This document shows positions 1 to 8,211 of a stretch of DNA of 32,000 bases, piece after piece (within the stretch, counting starts at the first letter, position 1; every line of letters starts with the position of its first letter). The position numbers and the translations under genes are program-made. The notes beneath the pieces are model-generated. The model had not been told where the DNA came from and made no database searches. It saw only the letters and a program-made list of their open reading frames with translations. The DNA lies in contig CAKUIA010000010.1 in assembly GCA_934660865.1 (NCBI GenBank), positions 30,001 to 62,000 on the forward strand, read 5' to 3'. This stretch comes from an uncultured Opitutales bacterium (GTDB lineage Bacteria; Verrucomicrobiota; Verrucomicrobiia; Opitutales; Intestinicryptomonadaceae).

Positions 1-1
1 G

Positions 2-505
2 CACGTTTTCTTTTTGGCATATTCGGTTATGTTTTTGCACCACATTGTGCTTTTGTGCTTCGGCTTTTTGCTTTTCCTTGCGTTTGTAGAGGGCACGGCG
101 CAATACCAAAATAAGGTGTCGCTGCGAAGCCCCGTTTTGGTGGGGCTGTTCCTTACGGGGCTGGTTATACACGGCGGTTTGCAGGCTTGGTGGATAGAGC
201 CTTTGCTGGGCCGCATGGGCAAGGATATGATATTTTTCGGCTCGATGATTTTAAGCGCGTTTAACGACAACGCCGCAATTACATATTTGGCCTCGCTTGT
301 TCCGAATCTGTCGGAGACTATGAAGTATATGGTTGTTGCGGGCGCAGTTTCGGGCGGCGGGCTTACCATTATTGCAAACGCGCCCAATCCCGCGGGCGTG
401 TCGATATTGTCGCCCTGCTTTAAAAACGGCGTTTCGCCGGTTATGCTGCTGCTTTATGCGCTGTTTCCCGCCGCAGTTATGGTGGGGTGCTTTATGCTGT
501 TTTAG
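2..505 (+). CDS. C-terminal part of a polytopic membrane transporter, probably ion-transporter superfamily (ArsB/NhaD-like permease); 5' end lies outside the window
   Basis: The frame is open from the window edge; the track start at 14 is a TTG with no upstream stop. The protein is very hydrophobic. Motifs SAFNDNAAITYL and GGGLTIIANAPNPAG resemble the SAxLDN and GGxxTxIGxxAN hairpin motifs of IT-superfamily permeases. Family assignment is by eye only. Confidence 0.5.
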   Translation, partial: HVFFLAYSVMFLHHIVLLCFGFLLFLAFVEGTAQYQNKVSLRSPVLVGLFLTGLVIHGGLQAWWIEPLLGRMGKDMIFFGSMILSAFNDNAAITYLASLVPNLSETMKYMVVAGAVSGGGLTIIANAPNPAGVSILSPCFKNGVSPVMLLLYALFPAAVMVGCFMLF

Positions 506-512
506 CAAAAGG

Positions 513-1871
513 CTACTTTAGCAATACATTGTCGAGATATTTCAGCGCGCCGTCTATGTCGAAGAACTTCCCGTCGAGTTGGGCTTCGTAGGCGGCGCTT
601 AAAATTTGCGAAAACTTCGGCGAAGGCTTTAGTTTGCGCTCTATAAGGTGCCTTCCCAGCAATATGGGCTTTGGGGCCGAGTCTTTTATCTTCAGCTCCT
701 CGGCTCTCGACAAAATCCATTCGCCCTGCGGCGAGCTTTCCGTATATTTTTCGGCGCGGCCCTCGCGGTCGGCCTTGTCTATGCGCACAAGCCTGTCTAT
801 GCGGCCCACTTTGTTTGCAAGCCTGCGTATTGCCGAGTCTCCCGCATTCGAGCGCCACAAATCCAAAATAGCCATGTGTCTTTCGACCAAAACTTTTACG
901 CCGTCGAGCAAAACTTTTTCGTCGCTAATGCGCCTTAAAAATTTTTCGGCCACGGGGCCTCCCAAAATGTCGTGCCCAAGCGAGCGTATGCGCCCCGAGG
1001 CGTCTTTTTTTGTGCAGAGGGGTTTGCCCATGTCGTGGCATAAAACGGCAAGGCCCACAATGGTGTCCTCCTTTTCGTCTCCAATGCGGTCGCGCGCAAA
1101 AGAGTCCATGCAAAGCATTGTGTGGGTGTACACATCGCCTTCCGGGTGCCAAACGGGGTCTTGCGGGCAGCCAACCATTGCCGAAAGCTCGGGGAAATAT
1201 TTTACCCACTTGCAGTCCCTTAAAAACGCAAGGCCCCTCGAAATTTTTTTGCCCTTTAAAATAAGCTTTTTAAATTCCTGAAAAATCCTTTCTTTCGGCA
1301 GGTTTTCCATCGGTATTTTCGAGCAAAGCTCCACCGTTTGCGGGGCAACTTCAAAGTCGAAACGCGCGGCAAACTGCATTGCCCTAAGCACGCGCAGGGG
1401 GTCTTCGGCAAACTTGTCGGAGGTGTGCCTTATAATTTTCCCCGCAAGGTCTTTTTGCCCGTCGAAAGGGTCTGTTATTTCGCCGCTTAAAATGTCGCGC
1501 AGCATTGCGTTTATGGTAAAGTCGCGGCGCGAGCACGCCTCTTTCGGCGAAAGGTATGGGTCGCCAATAATGTCGAACGACTTGTGGCCCAGCCCGTTTT
1601 TGCGCTCCTTTCGGGGCATGCTTACGTCTATGTCCAGCCCCTTTAAAATCCACACCCCAAAGCTTTTGCCGACGGCCTCGAAACGGAATTTTTTAGACAA
1701 AATTTCCTCTATCTGCCCGGGGTTTAGGCCGAAAATCTCCACATCGGTATCTTTCGACTTTATCCCCAAAAGCGAGTCTCTTACGCAGCCGCCCACATAG
1801 TAGGCGCGCCCGCCAAAAGCTGCGGCTTGCGTTGCAATATATCGGCACGCGTCTTTGCTACTGAACGTCAT
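513..1871 (-). CDS. cca: CCA-adding tRNA nucleotidyltransferase with HD domain
   Basis: 452 aa. N-terminal class-II nucleotidyltransferase motif YYVGGCVRDSLLG...DTDVEIFG, followed by RRDFTINA and an HD motif (LCHDMGKP). The ATG at 1871 overlaps the upstream Dabb gene by 14 nt. Confidence 0.85.
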   Translation of the reverse strand: MTFSSKDACRYIATQAAAFGGRAYYVGGCVRDSLLGIKSKDTDVEIFGLNPGQIEEILSKKFRFEAVGKSFGVWILKGLDIDVSMPRKERKNGLGHKSFDIIGDPYLSPKEACSRRDFTINAMLRDILSGEITDPFDGQKDLAGKIIRHTSDKFAEDPLRVLRAMQFAARFDFEVAPQTVELCSKIPMENLPKERIFQEFKKLILKGKKISRGLAFLRDCKWVKYFPELSAMVGCPQDPVWHPEGDVYTHTMLCMDSFARDRIGDEKEDTIVGLAVLCHDMGKPLCTKKDASGRIRSLGHDILGGPVAEKFLRRISDEKVLLDGVKVLVERHMAILDLWRSNAGDSAIRRLANKVGRIDRLVRIDKADREGRAEKYTESSPQGEWILSRAEELKIKDSAPKPILLGRHLIERKLKPSPKFSQILSAAYEAQLDGKFFDIDGALKYLDNVLLK

Positions 1872-2148
1872 ATACCGTTATTTTTGCCCGATATTTTTTA
1901 AGATAGTCTTGTGCGAATTTAACGTGGATAGGGTCGTTAAGATACTGCGAAAGCGTTTGCTGGTCTTTGCACTGAACGCACAAGGCGGCGGCGAAAGTGT
2001 CGTCTACAACGGGTCTTTCGCTGGCGACGGGGCTTCCGAATGTTACGCTTTCGGCGCATTCGATTTGCTTTAGGGTTTGCAGCCCCTCCAAAATTTTGGA
2101 GGCGTTTTCGCCCGATTTTGTCCTTATTACAACAAAGTGCGTTATCAT
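1858..2148 (-). CDS. Stress-responsive dimeric alpha/beta-barrel (Dabb) domain protein
   Basis: 96 aa, single-domain size. It has the typical Dabb pattern: an N-terminal beta strand (ITHFVVIR), a mid-protein G.P/F.A segment, and HVKF...KITVYD at the C-terminus. It starts 5 nt after the ftsZ-like stop. Confidence 0.65.
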   Translation of the reverse strand: MITHFVVIRTKSGENASKILEGLQTLKQIECAESVTFGSPVASERPVVDDTFAAALCVQCKDQQTLSQYLNDPIHVKFAQDYLKKYRAKITVYDVQ

Positions 2149-2153
2149 TTTAC

Positions 2154-2903
2154 TTATACTATAATTTTAAGGTTTCTGCGCAAATAGGTGGGTATATCCA
2201 AATCTTCGCCGTTGTAGAAATTGCGTTTTGTGTCGCCGAAAAAGCCCCTTTGCTCGGAAAGCGAAACGAAGGGAAATTCGTCTTGCGCGAGGTTCTCGCC
2301 CGAGGCGGCTTTCGGCGTTTGGCTCTTTTGCTCGACGGGCGGAATGTCTTTGGGCTTTGCCCTTGTTATTTTCGACATAAACGAGGCTTTCCTTACTTCG
2401 GGCGCGACTTTTTGCGGGGGTATCGTCTGCACATACTGAAAGGATTTCATTATGTCGTTTTGGCGGAATATTTCGCCCACCGACAAATCGTTTGGCAGGC
2501 AAAGCAGGTTTTCGCAATTCTCCCTAAGGCGGGCAAGAGAGGCTCTAGAATAGTCGTCTATCTTGTTGGCAATGGCGCAAACGGCCAGGCGCCCTATGTT
2601 CATCGTCTTGGCGATTTTTGCGAATGCGGCGGTTAGGTGCGCCGATTTGTCGCCCCCGAATTGCGCCAGCAAAATTATGGTAGAATAGCCCTCTATGCTG
2701 CGTTTTATCGAGGCTATTTGAAGTTGCGCGGCTTCGGGGTCGGCGCTGATTAGCATTTTTTCGCCTATCGAAACGCTTTCCAAGTCGGTCTTGTTGGTTG
2801 AAACCGCGCAGCACGCCGCGTTTTTGAACGCGCCGAGCTTGAGTTTTGAAGCCAAAAACGAGCCGCCTTTGCCCACGCCTATAATCTTTATGTTTGCCGC
2901 CAT
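2154..2903 (-). CDS. ftsZ: Truncated, degenerate FtsZ homologue (249 aa): FtsZ N-terminal-domain-like core, disordered linker and canonical FtsZ C-terminal peptide. No tubulin signature and no C-terminal subdomain.
   Basis: Located immediately after ftsA. I prefer the ATG at 2903 over the track's TTG at 2918, because it forms a TAATG overlap with the ftsA stop and has GGAGGA 8 nt upstream. IKIIGVGKGG, AVSTNKTDL and LLCLPNDL align by eye with E. coli IKVIGVGGGG, AVNTDAQAL and LITIPNDKL. The signature position reads QFGGDKS (2643..2663) instead of GGGTGTG. The C-terminus EDLDIPTYLRRN (2175..2207) matches the FtsZ CTP (DIPAFLR). Confidence 0.75.
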   Translation of the reverse strand: MAANIKIIGVGKGGSFLASKLKLGAFKNAACCAVSTNKTDLESVSIGEKMLISADPEAAQLQIASIKRSIEGYSTIILLAQFGGDKSAHLTAAFAKIAKTMNIGRLAVCAIANKIDDYSRASLARLRENCENLLCLPNDLSVGEIFRQNDIMKSFQYVQTIPPQKVAPEVRKASFMSKITRAKPKDIPPVEQKSQTPKAASGENLAQDEFPFVSLSEQRGFFGDTKRNFYNGEDLDIPTYLRRNLKIIV

Positions 2904-4102
2904 TACAAATTCCTCCAAAGCCCCTTTATTTTCGAGAACAAACCTTCGCCCGAATCCGAGGCGTTGCGGATTTCGTTTTCAAGCGCGTAGTCCAAGAGGC
3001 CCAGCGACGTTGCAAATTCGGGGTGGCAAAGCGAATGTTTTACCCACGAATTGAACTTGCCGGTTGTGCATTTTACGCCCAAAACGCCCTCGGCAAGTTC
3101 GTTTATGCCCGTCAGGCGCGAAGTTCCGCCCGTTATTACAACGCTTTGTATGGTCGAGTCGAAAACCTCGCCAAGCTCGTCCCTTAGTATAAGGAAAAGC
3201 TCTTCGAGCCTTGCCCTTATTATTATGTTCATCGAGTTTAGCGATATTTTCCTGTCGCCTATTTGCTGGTCGCCTTTTGTCCAGATAAATTGCGATTTTT
3301 CGTCTTCGCTTATTACCGCCTTGCCTATTTTGCATTTTAAAAGCTCGGCGTTTTTGTTGTAAAGCCTAAGGCCGTGCGCAAGGTCGTTTGTAATGTGGTC
3401 GCCTCCTACGGGAATGGTGCCGGCTATAACTATCCTTGAATTTTTGTACATTGCATAGTCGGTTGTGCCGCAGCCTATGTCTATAACCAAAACCCCCTCC
3501 TTGCGCTGCTGCATGCTAGTTACCATTCTGGCCGACGCAATCGCCGAAAGCACAATGTCGTCTACCTCCATGCCGAAGCTGCGCACAATGTGCACGGTGT
3601 TGGCAATGGCGTCGCAGTCGTCGTGCACAAGCCAAAATTCGGCGTCTATGCGCCTGGCCCGCTTGCCGACGGGGTCTTGGCAGTATACGCCGTCTATGTA
3701 GTAGCCGCAGCAAATAAAATGTATAAAGGCCCTGTTTTCGGGCAATGTTTTGCTTTTTGCGTCTTCGCAGGCTCTGTCTACGTCTTCCTGCGTTACTATG
3801 TTGTTTGCGCTGCGCACGTTCGCATAGCCCATTGTGCGCATACCCTTTATCTGCGAGCCGCTAATGCCCACATATATCGACTTTGTTTTTATGCTCGTGT
3901 TCTTTTCGGCGTCTAAAATGGCCTCCTGCGCCAACTGCGACGCCTTTTTTAAGTCTACAATGTCGCCTTTTTTTACGCCAGCACTGGGTTTTTGCCCCAT
4001 TCCTATAATGCTTAAAGACTCGCCGTCTACAATTTCCCCCACAAAAACCTGCATTTTCGAGGTTCCTATTTCGAGGGCTGCCACCATTTTGCTGTCGTTC
4101 AT
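2903..4102 (-). CDS. ftsA: Cell division protein FtsA (actin-like ATPase)
   Basis: 399 aa. N-terminal VAALEIGTSKM phosphate-1 motif, DIGCGTTD and ITGGTS actin-fold motifs, and a C-terminal amphipathic helix GLFSKIKGLWRNL (membrane-targeting sequence). Sits in the dcw position between ftsQ and ftsZ. Confidence 0.9.
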   Translation of the reverse strand: MNDSKMVAALEIGTSKMQVFVGEIVDGESLSIIGMGQKPSAGVKKGDIVDLKKASQLAQEAILDAEKNTSIKTKSIYVGISGSQIKGMRTMGYANVRSANNIVTQEDVDRACEDAKSKTLPENRAFIHFICCGYYIDGVYCQDPVGKRARRIDAEFWLVHDDCDAIANTVHIVRSFGMEVDDIVLSAIASARMVTSMQQRKEGVLVIDIGCGTTDYAMYKNSRIVIAGTIPVGGDHITNDLAHGLRLYNKNAELLKCKIGKAVISEDEKSQFIWTKGDQQIGDRKISLNSMNIIIRARLEELFLILRDELGEVFDSTIQSVVITGGTSRLTGINELAEGVLGVKCTTGKFNSWVKHSLCHPEFATSLGLLDYALENEIRNASDSGEGLFSKIKGLWRNL

Positions 4103-4116
4103 ATAAAAAAATTATC

Positions 4117-4983
4117 CTATTTTCGCAATTTCATATCAGTACGGCCCTCAAGAGACAAGTCTATTTGCGAGCCCCTTACGGATTTGTCCTTTGCGTATCT
4201 TAAAACATACTCGAGCTTCGAAAGCTGCTTGTTAAAATCGCCCGCCAAAAATATTATCTTAACGTCCTCGTTTGTGTATACTTCAAGCAGCGGCGAAACT
4301 TTCGAGTGCAGGTCGCTTAAATCCACCCTTTGGTAGGTGTTGAAAACCGCGGGCAGCATTTTTTTTGTTTCCTCAAAAAGTTCGTTTACGGTTTTCGCCA
4401 TTGGGTATGCCACATACCTTTGCCCCTGCTTTAAAATCTTTATGCCCGTAAGCTCTACAAGCGAGTCGATTTCCTCTACCTTGTAGCATATGGGCTCGAA
4501 AAATTCGCCGCCGGCCGACATAAGCAAAACGCCGTTGCTTGTGTTTACTTTGGCTATGGGTTTTTTCTCGGTTATGCAGATTTTTATTTGGTCGGGGTAA
4601 ACCCTTTCGGCCTTTGCCGAGTTTACCTGGTTTACGTTTTCGATTTTTCTCTTCAGCGAAATAAGGTCTATCTTGTCGATTGGCGTGGCCTTTTTTATGC
4701 CGAGGTATTCCCTTATCCATTTCGGGCTTATTTTGCCGTCCGGATTGTCTAAAAACAGCTTTTTTGCAACCTGGTTTTTGTTGTATAAAATGTCGTCTAC
4801 AAAGCCCGACTGCACCGCCTTGTATGCGCCAAAGACCAGGGCGGCCAGCAACAGCGCAAAGCCGCATATTTTGCAAAATATAGCAAACTTTCTGAATTTT
4901 GCCTCGAAAGACAGGGGGGCTTTTTTCGAGCTTTTGCTTTTGCCTATGTCCTTCCAGGTTTTAGACTTTTGTTTTGTCGCCAT
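4117..4983 (-). CDS. ftsQ: Cell division protein FtsQ/DivIB (bitopic, POTRA domain)
   Basis: Basic cytoplasmic tail, one TM segment (FAIFCKICGFALLLAALVFGAY), then a POTRA-like periplasmic domain. I prefer the ATG at 4983 (MATKQKSK...), which forms a TAATG overlap with the ddl stop. The track start at 5031 would overlap ddl by 49 nt. Confidence 0.75.
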   Translation of the reverse strand: MATKQKSKTWKDIGKSKSSKKAPLSFEAKFRKFAIFCKICGFALLLAALVFGAYKAVQSGFVDDILYNKNQVAKKLFLDNPDGKISPKWIREYLGIKKATPIDKIDLISLKRKIENVNQVNSAKAERVYPDQIKICITEKKPIAKVNTSNGVLLMSAGGEFFEPICYKVEEIDSLVELTGIKILKQGQRYVAYPMAKTVNELFEETKKMLPAVFNTYQRVDLSDLHSKVSPLLEVYTNEDVKIIFLAGDFNKQLSKLEYVLRYAKDKSVRGSQIDLSLEGRTDMKLRK

Positions 4984-5897
4984 TAGCAGTTTAAAAACCT
5001 TTGTATTGCGGGTTTTACCATTTCGTTGCACAGGTCGTCAAAACTTAAACCCATGCACGACGCGCTTTTGGGCAGCAGGCTTGTGGGCGTCATTCCCGGA
5101 AGCGTGTTTATTTCAAGCGCTATAAAAGAAGTTTCGCCCAAAATAAAGTCCACCCTGCAAAAGTCCCGACAGCCGCATGCCGCATAGGCGCGCTCGGCTG
5201 CGGTCTGTATTTTTACGGTATTTTCGTCGCCTATTTTGGCGGGAAATTCGTACTTTGTAGAGCCCGCCGTATACTTGCGCTTAAAGTCGTATACGCCGCC
5301 TTCGGGCTTTATTTCCACAATGCCCATTGCGCGGCCGTTTAAAACGCCAACCGACAATTCGCGCCCCTTAAAAAAGCTTTCGGCCATCCATTGCCCCTTG
5401 TCCAAATCCGTTAGGGCCTTGTCGGTTTCGGCCGCGCCCTCTGGGCATTTTAGCCCGACGCTTGAGCCTTTGTCGGCTGGTTTGATAACCGTTTTGTTTC
5501 CCAAAATTTCGACAAGGCTTGCCCCCGAAATTTTGTCGGAGGAATCGAACAAAATTTCCCTTGCCGTATTTATGTTTGCCGAGCGCATAAGCGCCTTTGC
5601 GGCGGGTTTAACCATGCAAACTAAGCTCGACAAACTGCCGCAGCCTGCAAACGCAATGCCCGCACTTTCCAAGTCGCGCTGAAGCCCGCCGTTTTCGCCG
5701 TAGTCGCCGTGCATTACGGGCATTACAACGTAGTTTTTTTTGTCCAGCTTTTCGGGCAGTTTATTTTCGGCAAGCTCGAATTTTTCCACATCGTAGAATT
5801 TTTCGAGAGCCTTTGCCACATAGTTGCCGCTTACAAGCGAAACGTCTCTTTCGGGCGAAATTCCGCCGCAAAGCACGGCCAATTTAAAACTTTTCAT
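4983..5897 (-). CDS. ddl: D-alanine--D-alanine ligase
   Basis: 304 aa. N-terminal LCGGISPERDVSLVSG, ATP-grasp core (VIKPADKGSSVGL, ...EINTLPGMT). The start forms an ATGA overlap with the murC stop. Confidence 0.9.
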   Translation of the reverse strand: MKSFKLAVLCGGISPERDVSLVSGNYVAKALEKFYDVEKFELAENKLPEKLDKKNYVVMPVMHGDYGENGGLQRDLESAGIAFAGCGSLSSLVCMVKPAAKALMRSANINTAREILFDSSDKISGASLVEILGNKTVIKPADKGSSVGLKCPEGAAETDKALTDLDKGQWMAESFFKGRELSVGVLNGRAMGIVEIKPEGGVYDFKRKYTAGSTKYEFPAKIGDENTVKIQTAAERAYAACGCRDFCRVDFILGETSFIALEINTLPGMTPTSLLPKSASCMGLSFDDLCNEMVKPAIQRFLNC

Positions 5898-7114
5898 TTT
5901 TCTGATATAAACTCCTTTGCCTTAAAATAAATGTCTCCCGCTCCCACAAAAGCCGCCGTATATTTTTTGCCGCCTGTCTTTAGCGATTCGACGGTTTTCT
6001 GCATGTCCGAAAATTCCACCTTTTTTAGCAGTTGCGAATTTTGCGTTATTTTGTCGGAAGTTCCAAGCTCGTCGAACCTTTCGCTTGCCGCATAAACGGG
6101 CAAAACGTAGACGCTGTTGCCGAGTTTTGCAAAATCCTCCAATATTTGCGCAAAGGTTTTTGCAAAGCGTTTTGTTCTGGAATATCTGTGCGGCTGGAAA
6201 AATAGAATGCTTTTGTTGCCGTATTTTTTGCCGAACCACTTTAGGAAGGCTTTAACCTCGTTGGGGTGGTGCGCGTAGTCGGCCATAGCAAAAATGTGCG
6301 GGGTGTTGCACAAAACTTCCTGCCTGCGGTATGTGCCTTCGAAGGTGTCCAACACGCCGCAGTCCAAATTTTGCCCGAAAACGCTCTTTAGCGCGCACTG
6401 CGCCATAAGCGTGTTTATTGTCGAAAAGTCGGCATCGGGCCGAATTTGCACAATCTCGAAATTTTTGCCCGAGGCTTTTGCCAATTCGCACAATGTTTCG
6501 TCGCAGCTTGGCACTATTATCTTTTGCTTTGTCCTTTCAAAAAGCCTGCAAAACATATTTTTAAGCTCGTCGGCGTTTTTGTAGGTGTCGGTGTGGTCTA
6601 AATCGTAGTTTAGCGCAACGCAAATTTCGGGCGAAAAGTTTTCTATTGTAGCGTCGCTTTCGTCTATCTCCGAAAATATGTATTCGCCGTCTTTGCAGAA
6701 TTTTGCGGGGGCGTAGTGCTCCGACAGGGCGCCGACCATGTAGCCCGCATTTAGCGCAAGTTTGTTTATCGCGTGCGCGCAAAGATTGCTTACCGTGCTT
6801 TTGCCGTGGCTGCCCGTTATGGCTACAAGCTTTCGGGTTTTGCAAAAGTCGGCAAAGCAAACGCCGCGCCTTTGCGTTTTTGCCGCGCTTTTCAAATTGC
6901 GGCCGCAAAGGGCCGTGCTTATTACGAACAAGTCGGGCCTAACGTTTTCGTCGAAAGAGCTTTTACAGTCTATGCCGAATTTTTGCAGAAGCTTTTTTAC
7001 GCGAATGTCGGCGTTGTCGTCGAAGCCGAAAACCGTGTTGTTGCCGGCCTTAAGCAGAATGGCCAAAGGCGCCATTCCCATTCCGCAAATGCCTCCCATG
7101 TACACTACGCCCAT
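5894..7114 (-). CDS. murC: UDP-N-acetylmuramate--L-alanine ligase (compact, 406 aa)
   Basis: Mur ligase motifs ITGSHGKSTVSN (P-loop), DYAHHPNEV and FQPHRYSRT, which are typical of MurC/Mpl. Sits in the dcw position between murG and ddl. Confidence 0.85.
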   Translation of the reverse strand: MGVVYMGGICGMGMAPLAILLKAGNNTVFGFDDNADIRVKKLLQKFGIDCKSSFDENVRPDLFVISTALCGRNLKSAAKTQRRGVCFADFCKTRKLVAITGSHGKSTVSNLCAHAINKLALNAGYMVGALSEHYAPAKFCKDGEYIFSEIDESDATIENFSPEICVALNYDLDHTDTYKNADELKNMFCRLFERTKQKIIVPSCDETLCELAKASGKNFEIVQIRPDADFSTINTLMAQCALKSVFGQNLDCGVLDTFEGTYRRQEVLCNTPHIFAMADYAHHPNEVKAFLKWFGKKYGNKSILFFQPHRYSRTKRFAKTFAQILEDFAKLGNSVYVLPVYAASERFDELGTSDKITQNSQLLKKVEFSDMQKTVESLKTGGKKYTAAFVGAGDIYFKAKEFISEK

Positions 7115-7122
7115 TTTTCGCT

Positions 7123-8211
7123 TTAAGCCTCCGCCAGCTTTTCTATGTCGGCAACCATTTCGGAAATGTCGTTCATGGCGTCTATCCTTGCAAGATTTTT
7201 TGCCATGCGCTCCTTTAAAGCGTCGTTGAAAAACAGTTCCTTTACGTTGTCGAAAAGTTTGTCTATGTCGCTTTGCTGTATAAGCAGGCCGCCGCCGCAG
7301 CGCTCTACAAGCTTTGCGTTTTCAAATTGGTGGTTGTCGGCCGAAGTGGGCAAGGGCACCAAGACGGGCACGCAGCCGCACCTGGCAAATTCGGCAATGG
7401 AGCCCGCGCCCGCGCGCGCAACAACCATGTCGCAGCACGAAAGCGCATACGCCATATTGTCGCAAAACATAATCCTTTTTATTTTAACATGACCGCCGTT
7501 TTTTGCGGGCAAAACCTTTTCGTTTTCAACGCCGAATTTTGCGCCGCAAATGCACAATACCGAAATTCCGTTTTCGGCAAAAAGACTTTCGTTTTTTGCA
7601 AGCCAGTCGTTAAGCGCAAAGGCCCCCTGGCTGCCGCCGAACACAAGCAAAACCCTGTCGCTTTCGGCGAAGCCGAAAAATTCTTTTGCTTCGGTTTTCG
7701 GCACGCGTTTTATTTCGGGGCGAACGGGGTAGCCTGCATATTTTACAACGTCGGGCTTAAAGCGCTCCATGCTGGTTCCGTGTGGAATGTATATTCTGTC
7801 GGCAAACACGCCTAAAAAGCGCACGGCCTTGCCTATTTTCATGTTGGCCTCGTGCAATACAAGGCGGCGTTTAAGTATTTTTGCGGCAAGGGCAACCCCA
7901 AGCGAATTAAAGCCGCCGAACGCTATGGCGGTGTTGCAGTTAAACTTTTTTAAAAGCTTAAGCGAAGCAAAAAGCCCCGAAGTTTGCATGTAGGCAAAAG
8001 TCAGCGCCTTTTTGGGGTTAAGCGAAAAGGGCGCGCCCGAAATCTTTACAAAGTCGCATTCCGGGTATTTTTCGACAAGGGTGGAATCTACCTGTTTTTT
8101 GCTTATGGCAAAAACCACCTTGTGCCCCTTGTTTATCAAAGCCTTGCCTATTGCGATTCCGGGCGCCAAATGCCCTCCCGTTCCGCCGCAGGATATCACG
8201 AAATTACTCAT
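7123..8211 (-). CDS. murG: Undecaprenyl-PP-MurNAc-pentapeptide GlcNAc transferase
   Basis: 362 aa. N-terminal GGTGGHLAPGIAIG motif, C-terminal GAGSIAE...P and QxxNA motif (HQFENAK). ATGA overlap with the ftsW stop. Confidence 0.9.
   Translation of the reverse strand: MSNFVISCGGTGGHLAPGIAIGKALINKGHKVVFAISKKQVDSTLVEKYPECDFVKISGAPFSLNPKKALTFAYMQTSGLFASLKLLKKFNCNTAIAFGGFNSLGVALAAKILKRRLVLHEANMKIGKAVRFLGVFADRIYIPHGTSMERFKPDVVKYAGYPVRPEIKRVPKTEAKEFFGFAESDRVLLVFGGSQGAFALNDWLAKNESLFAENGISVLCICGAKFGVENEKVLPAKNGGHVKIKRIMFCDNMAYALSCCDMVVARAGAGSIAEFARCGCVPVLVPLPTSADNHQFENAKLVERCGGGLLIQQSDIDKLFDNVKELFFNDALKERMAKNLARIDAMNDISEMVADIEKLAEA

Noticed and set aside
5894-7114. Short MurC as a possible pseudogene
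   Set aside because: The ORF is intact and all catalytic motifs are present. Start and stop are tightly coupled to the neighbouring genes, so it looks functional and compact rather than decayed.
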